Part shown: in pieces, positions 17,819 to 25,967 of the stretch
Layout of the letters: every line of letters begins with the position of its first letter
Position numbering within the stretch: the stretch's first letter is position 1
Source: Bacteroidaceae bacterium
Lineage (GTDB): Bacteria; Bacteroidota; Bacteroidia; Bacteroidales; UBA932
DNA length: 64,000 nt
NCBI GenBank assembly: GCA_963662035.1
Contig: CAVLDO010000004.1
Coordinates: 10,902 to 74,901, forward strand
Direction of reading: 5' to 3'
Made by a program: the position numbers and the translations under genes
The notes under the pieces: model-generated
What the model was told of the DNA's origin: nothing
Database searches by the model: none
Seen by the model: the letters and a program-made list of their open reading frames with translations, nothing else

Positions 17819-18922
17819 ATGAAAAGGAGCATACTTAATATATTTTCCGCGGCGCTGCTGCTTGCCGCAGTTTCATGCTCGGCCCCACGCGGTGCATCCA
17901 GCGGCGCGGCGGTGGACTTGAGCGCCGGCGCCACGGCAAATTGCTACATTGTGCCCTCCGCGGGCTATTACAGCTTTGATGCAACCACCATCGGCAACGG
18001 TCAGCAGGGCATAATCCCCGAAGGGCGGTTCCACACCGGCAGCGCCTCCATCTGCCCAGTTTCTGCCAAGGTTCTGATGAACGAGAACGGAGCCATAAGC
18101 GACGTCACTTTTGACGGCCGCCGCATTTACTTTTGCTGCGGCAGCACTCTGGGCAATGCCCAGGTGGCTGTTTACGATGCTGCCGGGAATGTGCTATGGA
18201 GCTGGCACATCTGGCGCACCGACGCCCCGGCCGACTTTACTGTCACCGACAGCGATGCCAACACCTGGACTTTTATGGACCGCAATCTGGGGGCGACCGG
18301 TGCTCTGGCCTGTGACGGCGAGGCGGCCTACGGACTCTATTATCAGTGGGGACGCAAAGACCCCTTCCAGGCCGCGACCGTGGTAAGGGGGCTCTACGAA
18401 AATCAAGAGAAGAACATCGCCTATGCGGTGAAATATCCCCGCCGGCCGCTGGAACCCATCGTGGCGGGTCTGGTGACCGACGCCTACGATTGGGGCACGA
18501 CCCACAAGGACTCTTCTAACCACTATCTATGGGGCAATCCCGACTATGCCTATTGCCACAGCCTTCAAGAACTCTCCAAGACCATCTACGACCCCTGCCC
18601 GGCAGGGTATATGGTGGCTCCCGGCCAGGCATACCAGGCCTTGGCCGACGCAGAGAATGTCACTTACGGCGAGCAGGGCGTAACCCTTGCCGGCGGCGCA
18701 CAAGAGTGCTTCTTCCCCTATGCGGGCCGCGCATACGAGGGGGGCTTGGAGGGACGCGGAGAGTATTGCGCCCTCTGGAACAGCGGCGCCGCCCGCTACC
18801 TCTACTATGACTGCGGCGGCAGCCGTGTGCAGGCTTATAAGGACACCAAGCAGACGCGCCTCTTCTACGGCGATTTCCGTGTCCGCTGCTATCCGGTGCG
18901 CTGCATCCGCGAGGCCAGGTAG
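17819..18922 (+). CDS. FISUMP-domain lipoprotein (ANCYIV domain + FISUMP domain)
   Basis: Lipobox AAVS-C-SAPRG. DLSAGATANCYIVPSAGYYSFDATTIGNGQ, WSWHIW, YGLYYQWGRKDPF, IYDPCPAGYMVAP, C-terminal YPVRCIREAR. Aligns with the C-terminal half of ORF 10711. Confidence 0.8.
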   Translation: MKRSILNIFSAALLLAAVSCSAPRGASSGAAVDLSAGATANCYIVPSAGYYSFDATTIGNGQQGIIPEGRFHTGSASICPVSAKVLMNENGAISDVTFDGRRIYFCCGSTLGNAQVAVYDAAGNVLWSWHIWRTDAPADFTVTDSDANTWTFMDRNLGATGALACDGEAAYGLYYQWGRKDPFQAATVVRGLYENQEKNIAYAVKYPRRPLEPIVAGLVTDAYDWGTTHKDSSNHYLWGNPDYAYCHSLQELSKTIYDPCPAGYMVAPGQAYQALADAENVTYGEQGVTLAGGAQECFFPYAGRAYEGGLEGRGEYCALWNSGAARYLYYDCGGSRVQAYKDTKQTRLFYGDFRVRCYPVRCIREAR

Positions 18923-18932
18923 CGAGTCGGCA

Positions 18933-19562
18933 CTAAATCAGCAGATCTTCTACCGCAAGTTTGGGAACGAAGTGTATCCCATCCTTGCGGTAGTAGTTTA
19001 AATCGGCCCCGCCGTGCACGGGCACCAGAAAAATCTTTTCGGAAGGTTTGCCAATCGCTATCACGGCAATCGGCTTCAGGGGCAGCGAGAGCTCCCGCTC
19101 AATGGCGGCCGCATCGAAATTGAGTATGAAGAGGCCGCCCAGCCCCATCTCGGTGGCCTTGAGCAGCATATTTTCTGCGGCGATGCCAAGGTCGATATCC
19201 ACGATGCGGTCTTCTTCGCCGGTGCAGCACACCACTATGAAGGCTCCCGGCTCCTCTCCCTTGTGGGGGAGGCGCTCCTCTTTCAGGGCGGCTCCCATCC
19301 TGACATATTGCAGAAGTGAGCGGGCGTCGCTGCCGGTGACAAGGCGCAGCCGCAGCCGCTGGCGGTTCATTCCGCTGGCGGCGAATGTGACGGCAGAGGC
19401 TATCTGCTTAAGGTCGCTTATGCTCACGCTGTGGCGGGCATCGTAGCCGCGCCAGCTGCGGTTTTTCTTCATCAGGCTGTCCAGCGAAGGGCCGCTGCGC
19501 CTGGCGGCGGGCCGCCTTTCGGCAATTTCTCTCTCCCGCCTTTCCAAATAATTGTCTGCCAT
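18933..19562 (-). CDS. Nitroreductase family protein
   Basis: 209 aa. N-terminal MADNYLERR...RSWRGY and the central/C-terminal pattern are typical of Bacteroidales nitroreductase-fold proteins. Convergent with the FISUMP gene (10-nt gap). Confidence 0.6.
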   Translation of the reverse strand: MADNYLERREREIAERRPAARRSGPSLDSLMKKNRSWRGYDARHSVSISDLKQIASAVTFAASGMNRQRLRLRLVTGSDARSLLQYVRMGAALKEERLPHKGEEPGAFIVVCCTGEEDRIVDIDLGIAAENMLLKATEMGLGGLFILNFDAAAIERELSLPLKPIAVIAIGKPSEKIFLVPVHGGADLNYYRKDGIHFVPKLAVEDLLI

Positions 19563-19608
19563 AACTGATCAGGGTCTATAAAAGGTTTTGCTGAGGATGA
19601 CTCCATTT

Positions 19609-20958
19609 CTAAACGCGGCGTTCCAAACTCTTGTAGCGCAAAGTCAGATAGATGGTTCTCACGGCCAGATGCACGAAGTAGGCCAGCATCAGGATGTGGA
19701 TGGCCGTCTGCTCGCTTGCAAGGCTGCCGGCGGCGCCGATGCCGATGAACCAGGCGGCGAAGAAACCGGCCGCGCACAGCACCGTGGCATTGCGCAGCTC
19801 GCGCGAGGCGGTCGCCCCCATATAGATGCCGTCCCACAGAAAAGCGGGGCAGCCTATAAGAGGCATCGCCAGCAGCCACGGCAGAAACTCCCGCCCAGCC
19901 TCTATTACCGCTTCGTCGCCGGTCATCAAGCGCAGCAGCTCGGTCCCCAGCGCCCGGTAAACGGCAATGAACAGCAGCGACAGCGCAAAGCACCACTTGA
20001 ACAGTGTCCTGACGGTGCAGCGCAGCCCCTCCCGGGACCTCTCCCCCACAAACCGCCCTGCAAGGGCCTCTCCGGCATAGGCGAATCCGTCGGTAAAGTA
20101 GGAGAATATCAACAGCAGTTTCATCATTATGGAGCTCACCGCCAGCATCGTGTCTGTGTAGCGGGCGGAGATTACGGTGAAGCCGATATATACCGCGATA
20201 AAGCCCAGCGAACGGATGAACAGGTCGCGGTTCATAGCAAAGTAGGGTAGCAGCGGCCCCTTGAACGCCTCTCTATAATTGTAGCCGGCAAAGGTGCCCC
20301 TGTAGTGACGCATCACCATCGCCAGTGCAAAAGCCAGCCCGATCCACTGCGCTGTCACCGTGCCCAGCGCCACTCCGTCGAATCCCATTCCGTTTATGCC
20401 GGGCAGCCCGAAGCAGAGCAGAATGCTGCCGGCGATGTTTGCGCCGTTCACCAGGAGGTCGGTCACCATCGGGCGCACCGAATCCTGCATCCCTATGAAC
20501 CACCCCTTGAAGGCAAACAGGCTCAGCGTGGCGGGGGCGGCCCAGATGCGTATCATAAAGTAGCGCTCGGCGAGACTTTGCACCTGCGCAGAACATTCGA
20601 TGAAGAGAAAGGCTCCCTGCAGTATCGGCCGCTGCAACAAAATCAGCGCGGCGCCGGACCCCAGGGCTATGTACAGCGCCCGGCACAGCGCCTCCGCAGA
20701 GCCGCGGCAGTCGCCGCGCCCAAAGGCCTGGGCGGTGAGCCCGCCGGTGCCGGAGCGCAGAAAGCCGAAGCACCAGTACACCAGGTCAAAGAGGGTGGTG
20801 CCGATTGCCACGCCGCCCAGCAGGGAGGCTGCCGTAGTGGCGTCGGAACCTTCCAGATGCCCTGCAACCGCCATATCAGCCATCCCCACAAGAGAGACGG
20901 TGATGTTGGCCAGAATGCTGGGCAGAGCCAGTTTGAGTATTTGCCGGTTGAGCTGCAT
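19609..20958 (-). CDS. MATE family efflux transporter
   Basis: 449 aa, about 12 hydrophobic segments. N-terminal ILKLALPSILANITVSLVGMADMAVAGHL is typical of MATE/NorM-like proteins. Confidence 0.8.
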   Translation of the reverse strand: MQLNRQILKLALPSILANITVSLVGMADMAVAGHLEGSDATTAASLLGGVAIGTTLFDLVYWCFGFLRSGTGGLTAQAFGRGDCRGSAEALCRALYIALGSGAALILLQRPILQGAFLFIECSAQVQSLAERYFMIRIWAAPATLSLFAFKGWFIGMQDSVRPMVTDLLVNGANIAGSILLCFGLPGINGMGFDGVALGTVTAQWIGLAFALAMVMRHYRGTFAGYNYREAFKGPLLPYFAMNRDLFIRSLGFIAVYIGFTVISARYTDTMLAVSSIMMKLLLIFSYFTDGFAYAGEALAGRFVGERSREGLRCTVRTLFKWCFALSLLFIAVYRALGTELLRLMTGDEAVIEAGREFLPWLLAMPLIGCPAFLWDGIYMGATASRELRNATVLCAAGFFAAWFIGIGAAGSLASEQTAIHILMLAYFVHLAVRTIYLTLRYKSLERRV

Positions 20959-20966
20959 AAGGGTGG

Positions 20967-20974
20967 CAAAGTTA
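20967..20974 (-). promoter_or_regulatory. Bacteroidota -7 promoter box (TAACTTTG on minus strand) for the MATE gene
   Basis: Exact TAnnTTTG match. Its G lies 9 nt upstream of the ATG, implying a very short leader. Confidence 0.45.
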
Positions 20975-21017
20975 TGCGTTTTGCATCAGAAACAGTTGCA
21001 CAATCGGGTCAATTGCG

Positions 21018-21025
21018 TACATTTG
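21018..21025 (+). promoter_or_regulatory. Bacteroidota -7 promoter box TACATTTG upstream of the TPP riboswitch
   Basis: Exact TAnnTTTG match about 10-15 nt before the start of the riboswitch aptamer. Confidence 0.5.
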
Positions 21026-21035
21026 CCGCCGACAA

Positions 21036-21123
21036 ATTACATAGGGGTGCGTCGCGTTATAAGGTGCGCGAAGCTGAGATTAAACCCAACGAACCTGATC
21101 GGGTTAGGACCCGCGCTAGGAAA
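21036..21123 (+). promoter_or_regulatory. TPP (THI-box) riboswitch
   Basis: ATAGGGGTGC...GCTGAGATTAAACCCAACGAACCTGATCGGGTTAGGACCCGCGCTAGGAAAA matches the conserved core GGGGUGC / CUGAGA / ACCC / GAACCUGAUC.GG.UA...CC.GCG.AGG.A. It ends immediately before the ATG at 21124. Confidence 0.85.
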
Positions 21124-23229
21124 ATGAAAAAACTATTGGCTTTGGCGGCCATTCTGCCGCTGTGCGCCACTGCTTTGGCGCAAAATTTCTCAATTTCTGA
21201 CTTGGAAGACGACGGGGAGCAGTTCAGCTCTCTGGACAGCATCGTGGTGTCGGCCTCAAGGGTCGATGCCAAAAGTCCCGTGGCCTTCAGCAATCTCAAC
21301 CGGGAGCAGCTCTCCAAGATTGATCCCTCTTATTCGCTGCCTATGATGCTCTCTATGCAGCCTTCGGTGGTCACCACCAACGAGGGCGGCACCGGTCTGG
21401 GCTACTCCAAAATGAGGGTGCGCGGCAGTGACCCCACCCGAATGAATGTCACGCTCAACGGCATCAGCTACAACGACTCCGAGTCGCAGGAGGTGTTCTG
21501 GGTTAATCTCCCCTCGCTCTCCACGATGCTCGGTTCGGCGCAGCTGCAGCGCGGCGTGGGCAGTTCTACCAACGGGGTGGGGGCTTTCGGCGCCAGCCTC
21601 AACCTGCAGAGTGCCTTGCCCCGGGAATATCCCTATGCGCAGGTCGATCTCGCCGGCGGGTCGTATTTCACCGCTTTGGCGGCAGTCAGGGCAGGCACCG
21701 GCATCAGCGGGCACGGCTTCAGTCTCGATATCGGCTTCAACTGCAACCGCACCGACGGCTATATCCGCAACGCCTTCGCCCGAGTGCACTCGTTTATGGC
21801 CGAGGGCAGCTGGTATGGCGCGCGCAGCCAGGCCAAAATAGTCTATATCCACGGCAAACAGCACACCGGCATCACCTGGAACGGCATCAGCAAAGAGCAG
21901 ATGGAGGCAGACCGCCGCTACAATTCGGCCGGCGAATACACCGATGCCGACGGCAATATATGCTACTACGACAACGAGTCTGACAATTACGGGCAGCATA
22001 TAATCCAGGCCATCTACAGCGCCCGCATAGGCGAGCGCGTGAGCGCGAACGCCACTCTCAACTACACCAAGGGGGCCGGCTACTACGAGCAGTTCAAGGA
22101 GGACAAGAAGCTCAGCGGCTATGGCTTCGACACCGACCTGCGCAGCAATCTGGTGCGCCTCAAGCAGATGGACAACGACTTCTACGCAGGTGCCCTCAAT
22201 ATCAAATATGAGAGCGGCCCGGCCCTGGCGCAGGCGGGAGTAAACTATTCCGTTTACGACGGCAAGCACTTCGGCACCCTCAAGTGGGTTGAGGCCCTGC
22301 CCGAGCTGGACACAGATCGCCACTACTACGACAACACCGGCCTCAAAAAGGACTTCTCCGCCTTTCTCAAAGGCGCTCTGTACCTTATCGATGGCGGCTT
22401 GAATCTCTACGGCGATGTTCAGCTGCGCAATATCAGCTATAATATGGCCGGCTTCGACGACGATTATGTGCCTCTGGACAGCGACCACCCCTACAATTTT
22501 GTGAACGGCAAGGCGGGGGCGAGCCTGCGCGCCGGCGAGCGGGGCAATGTATATCTCTCGGCGGCGGTGGCGCACAAAGAACCCTGCCGCAGCGACATCA
22601 AGGATGCCATTGCGGGGGGCGGACAGGTGCTGCCCGAGCGGCTGCTGGACTATGAGCTGGGCTACCGCTACGGCGGCGAAAAACTCTCCGTTGCGGCCAA
22701 CTGCTACTTTATGGAGTACAAGAACCAGCTGGTGGCAACCGGCAAGATTTCCGAGTCGGGGTATATGATAAAGAACAATGTGGCGCGCAGCTGGCGCCGG
22801 GGCGTGGAACTCTCCGCCGGGTGGCAGATTCTCTCCTGTCTGCGTGCAGACGCCAACTCTACCTTCAGCCGCAACAAGATTGCAGGCGACGGAGCCACCA
22901 CCGACCTGATGCTCTCCCCGAATTACATCGGGGCGTTCTCGCTCAGCTGGAAGCCCGTATCCAAACTGGAAGTCGTGCTCAGCGACAAGGTCGTCGGCAG
23001 GCAGTACTACGACAACCTCTCCAATCCCGACCACACCTTGCCCGCCTACAATACTCTCAATCTTGCATCAAGCTATGACTTCGGCAAACTTAAAATTGCT
23101 ATCTTTGCCAACAATATTCTCAATGCCAAGTATGTGGCCGACGCGTGGTACGATTATGAGTGGGACGAGAGCGGATTTTTCCCGGCCGCCACAGCCAACG
23201 GCATTCTGAAGTTAAGCTACAGCTTTTAA
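21124..23229 (+). CDS. TonB-dependent outer-membrane receptor, thiamine-type by riboswitch context
   Basis: Track ORF 20305..23229 trimmed to ATG 21124 (MKKLLALAAILPLCATALA|QNF). Plug-domain motifs (VVSASR, MRVRGS, NGISYND) and a C-terminal aromatic (SYSF). Preceded by the TPP riboswitch and followed by a PnuC-family gene. Confidence 0.85.
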   Translation: MKKLLALAAILPLCATALAQNFSISDLEDDGEQFSSLDSIVVSASRVDAKSPVAFSNLNREQLSKIDPSYSLPMMLSMQPSVVTTNEGGTGLGYSKMRVRGSDPTRMNVTLNGISYNDSESQEVFWVNLPSLSTMLGSAQLQRGVGSSTNGVGAFGASLNLQSALPREYPYAQVDLAGGSYFTALAAVRAGTGISGHGFSLDIGFNCNRTDGYIRNAFARVHSFMAEGSWYGARSQAKIVYIHGKQHTGITWNGISKEQMEADRRYNSAGEYTDADGNICYYDNESDNYGQHIIQAIYSARIGERVSANATLNYTKGAGYYEQFKEDKKLSGYGFDTDLRSNLVRLKQMDNDFYAGALNIKYESGPALAQAGVNYSVYDGKHFGTLKWVEALPELDTDRHYYDNTGLKKDFSAFLKGALYLIDGGLNLYGDVQLRNISYNMAGFDDDYVPLDSDHPYNFVNGKAGASLRAGERGNVYLSAAVAHKEPCRSDIKDAIAGGGQVLPERLLDYELGYRYGGEKLSVAANCYFMEYKNQLVATGKISESGYMIKNNVARSWRRGVELSAGWQILSCLRADANSTFSRNKIAGDGATTDLMLSPNYIGAFSLSWKPVSKLEVVLSDKVVGRQYYDNLSNPDHTLPAYNTLNLASSYDFGKLKIAIFANNILNAKYVADAWYDYEWDESGFFPAATANGILKLSYSF

Positions 23230-23230
23230 G

Positions 23231-23842
23231 ATGACATTTGACATTTTTCTTCACTACTTCGAGTATTTTGCCACTGCGATAGCGTTTATTTATGTGATAT
23301 TCCAGATTCTGCAGAAGCCGCTGATGTGGTATCTCGCGATTCTGGCGGCGATGTGCTATGCGTTGGTTTATCAGCACAACGGCCTTTATGCGATGGCGCT
23401 GGTGCAGTGCTACCTGATCTGCGCAGGCATCTACGGCCTTGTGGACTGGACCCGCTCGAAAAAAGAGGCGAACAAAACTGAAAACGAGGGGAGGATCTTG
23501 ATCCGCCCCTTTCAGTATTCTGTAGGGGCGGTGTCGCTTCTGCTGTCGGTGGCTGTGTTTTTTGTGCTGCACCGCTTTCTGGCGTTTAAGGCATCTCCCG
23601 ATGATTTTGCGTGGAGGCCCTGGGCCGATGCTTTTATGGCCACCGGCACAATGCTGGCCACCTTTTTTACCGGCCGCCGCTACATAGTCTCCTGGGTTAT
23701 GTGGTTTGTGCTGGACAGCATCTCGGTGGGAATCTATTTGCTGCTGGGAATGTACCCCACCGCACTGCTTTTCTCGCTGTATGTGATAATGGCGGTGATA
23801 GGGTTCACCAACTGGAAGAAAAACGGAGTGCTTGAAAAATAA
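23231..23842 (+). CDS. pnuT: PnuC-family inner-membrane transporter, predicted thiamine-specific (PnuT)
   Basis: 203 aa, about 7 TM segments, PnuC-like W/Y-rich pattern, C-terminal FTNWKKNG. 1 nt after the TonB-receptor stop, in a TPP-riboswitch operon. Confidence 0.7.
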   Translation: MTFDIFLHYFEYFATAIAFIYVIFQILQKPLMWYLAILAAMCYALVYQHNGLYAMALVQCYLICAGIYGLVDWTRSKKEANKTENEGRILIRPFQYSVGAVSLLLSVAVFFVLHRFLAFKASPDDFAWRPWADAFMATGTMLATFFTGRRYIVSWVMWFVLDSISVGIYLLLGMYPTALLFSLYVIMAVIGFTNWKKNGVLEK

Positions 23843-23848
23843 ACGGAT

Positions 23849-24685
23849 ATGATACAGTTGATAGCAGAAAGCGGCGCCACGAACACGAGCTGGCGCCTTA
23901 TAGGCGACGGAGCTATCAAGAGCCTCGCCACAAAAGGTCTCAACCCGATGCAGCTTGCCCCGGGCGAGATACATGATATACTTGCCGCAGAGCTCGTTCC
24001 CTTTGTGGGCGCAACTGTGGAGAAGATCTGCTTCTACGGCGCCGGAGCTGTGGGCGAGGGGTGCAAAACCCTTGAAGAGGCTCTTGCAAAAGCCTTCCCC
24101 TCAGCGCAGATTTCGGTAGAAAGCGACCTGCTGGCCGCCTGCCGCGCCCTCTTTGGCGACAAGCCCGGAATCGCCTGCATAATCGGCACCGGCTCCAACT
24201 GTTGCTTTTGGGACGGCAGCGCCATCACCGCCGCCACCCGAGCCGGAGGCTATATACTGGGCGACGAAGGCAGCGGCGCCAATATGGGCAGGATGCTCCT
24301 TGGCGACTATGTCAAGGGACTGATTCCCGCCGCGCTGGAGAAGGAGCTCACCAAGCGCTACGGGCTAAGCTACGAGACCATCGTGCAGAAGGTCTATCGC
24401 GAAAGCGCCCCCGCCCGCTATCTGGCAAGTTTCTCCCCCTTCATAGCGGAGCACCGCAACCATCCCTACATCAAGGCTTTGATAGAAGAGAGCTTGCAGG
24501 CTTTCGTCTCCCGCAATGTGGCGCGCTACGATGCCCGCCGCCACCGCGTCGGGTTCGTGGGCAGCGTGGCTGTGGTTTACGAAGACATCCTCTCCCAAAT
24601 ATTCCGCAACGCCGGCTTCAAGCTGGGGCCTCTTATGCCCTCTGCGATAGATGCGCTGGCGCAGTATCACAAAAACCTGGGTTAG
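23849..24685 (+). CDS. BadF/BadG/BcrA/BcrD-type ASKHA sugar kinase (GlcNAc/MurNAc kinase-like)
   Basis: N-terminal LIAESGATNTSWRL (phosphate-1 motif), IIGTGSNC, GGYILGDEGSG. About 280 aa, typical of N-acetylglucosamine-kinase-like proteins. Confidence 0.7.
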   Translation: MIQLIAESGATNTSWRLIGDGAIKSLATKGLNPMQLAPGEIHDILAAELVPFVGATVEKICFYGAGAVGEGCKTLEEALAKAFPSAQISVESDLLAACRALFGDKPGIACIIGTGSNCCFWDGSAITAATRAGGYILGDEGSGANMGRMLLGDYVKGLIPAALEKELTKRYGLSYETIVQKVYRESAPARYLASFSPFIAEHRNHPYIKALIEESLQAFVSRNVARYDARRHRVGFVGSVAVVYEDILSQIFRNAGFKLGPLMPSAIDALAQYHKNLG

Positions 24686-25366
24686 ATGCCGCAGCTGCAG
24701 GACATATTCGCCGATAACCGCGCACTGTGCGATGCGCTGGAGCGTGCCGGGGACGGACTGCAGAGGCTCTGCGGCAAAATGGCTGCGCGCGCGGCCTTAG
24801 GCGGGCGGATATACTGCATCGGGGCAGACAGCGGCGCTCCGCAGGAGTGCGGCGCCCCGCAAGGATTCTTCCGCTCTCTCGAAGCCCGGGAGGGCAGGAC
24901 TGCGTGGGAACATCTCGCAGCGGCTGGCATCACCCACGGCGACATTTTTCTGGTGATGGATGCGGGCTGCAGCCCCGTTTTTTTTGCCGACGGCCTGCGC
25001 AGCGTCTCCCGAAAGGGGATCCTGGCCGCCTGTATCGCTGCCGATGCCGCCTCGGCCCCGCTGGCTGCGGCTCAGGAGCGCGTCTGTCTTGATGCGCAGC
25101 TCTCCCCCGTAATGCGTCGGCACAGGGTTAAGGTACTGCTGCAGATGGCTCTTGACGCCGTGCTGCAGCAGACCATAGCGCTCTCCGGTCTCGGAGGCGG
25201 AGCACCCGGGGCGGCCGACACTTCCGACGAGTTTATCCAAAGCGCCGCAGCAGCGCTGATGGCGGAGGTGTCTGGACTCGATGCCGTCGGCGCCAGAGAG
25301 CTCATCTTGAAATACGGATCGGTGCGCCGCGCCCAAAATGCCTGCAAATCAGATGTACAGAAATAA
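24686..25366 (+). CDS. Short, divergent SIS-domain protein, MurQ (MurNAc-6-P etherase)-like
   Basis: Abuts the kinase stop. GGRIYCIGADSGAPQEC vs MurQ GGRLIY.GAGTSGR...SEC. DIFLVMDAGCSP vs D.V.GI.ASG.TP. C-terminal LILKYGSVRRAQ resembles the MurQ tail. Only 226 aa and poorly conserved, and coding status is uncertain in this GC-rich DNA. Confidence 0.4.
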   Translation: MPQLQDIFADNRALCDALERAGDGLQRLCGKMAARAALGGRIYCIGADSGAPQECGAPQGFFRSLEAREGRTAWEHLAAAGITHGDIFLVMDAGCSPVFFADGLRSVSRKGILAACIAADAASAPLAAAQERVCLDAQLSPVMRRHRVKVLLQMALDAVLQQTIALSGLGGGAPGAADTSDEFIQSAAAALMAEVSGLDAVGARELILKYGSVRRAQNACKSDVQK

Positions 25367-25967
25367 TTATCAGTCAAAACTGCTGGAAGATGCGGTGGAG
25401 CAGCTATCTACGCTGCCCGGCGTGGGACGCAAGAGCGCGCTGCGCTTTGCTCTGCACCTGCTGCACAGCCCCAAGGCAAACGTAGACAAGTTTACGGCGG
25501 CCATAGGCGATATGCGCACCAATGTCCGCTACTGTCCCGAGTGCAATATGATAAGCGACGACGGCCGCTGCCCGATTTGCGGCGACCGCTCGCGCGACCG
25601 CAGCCTTGTGTGCGTGGTAGAGAGCCTGCGGGATGTGCTCAGCATAGAGAATACAGCCCAATATCACGGCCTCTACCACGTGCTGGGCGGGGTCATCTCC
25701 CCGATGGACGGGATCGGCCCCGACGACCTGCCCATAGCCGCCCTATGCGGGAGGGTCGGCAAAGGGGAGATAAAGGAGGTGGTGCTGGCGCTGGACACCG
25801 ATATGGAGGGGGAGACCACCTCACTGTTCATCTACCGCCGCCTTGCCCCCCTTGGGGTCAAAGTATCCGCAATAGCGCGCGGCATAGCGTTCGGCGACGA
25901 TCTGGAGTATGCCGATGAATTCACGCTGGGCAAAGCGATTGTAAACCGTCAACCATTTGCGATATAG
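25338..25967 (+). CDS. recR: Recombination protein RecR
   Basis: LSTLPGVGRKSALRFALHLL helix-hairpin-helix, C4 zinc finger CPECNMISDDGRCPICGD, Toprim VCVVES...D.EGE. The alternative start ATG 25353 (MYRNNY) is equally plausible. Confidence 0.9.
   Translation: MPANQMYRNNYQSKLLEDAVEQLSTLPGVGRKSALRFALHLLHSPKANVDKFTAAIGDMRTNVRYCPECNMISDDGRCPICGDRSRDRSLVCVVESLRDVLSIENTAQYHGLYHVLGGVISPMDGIGPDDLPIAALCGRVGKGEIKEVVLALDTDMEGETTSLFIYRRLAPLGVKVSAIARGIAFGDDLEYADEFTLGKAIVNRQPFAI

Noticed and set aside
1-18922. A diversity-generating retroelement (DGR) targeting the FISUMP/C-type-lectin-like domains.
   Set aside because: FISUMP-like folds are known DGR targets. I see no reverse transcriptase gene, no near-identical template/variable repeat pair and no adenine-specific mismatch pattern. 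The three FISUMP C-termini are only distantly similar at the DNA level.
20305-21123. An N-terminal 273-codon extension of the TonB-receptor ORF in the track (start 20305).
   Set aside because: The extension overlaps the MATE gene on the opposite strand and runs through the promoter and TPP riboswitch. A canonical signal peptide begins at ATG 21124.
21124-23229. The TonB-dependent receptor as the missing SusC of the glycan locus.
   Set aside because: It is 2 kb away, beyond two minus-strand genes. It has no SusD-like partner or N-terminal carboxypeptidase-regulatory-like extension, is about 700 aa (SusC homologs are about 1000 aa), and is controlled by a TPP riboswitch with a PnuT partner.
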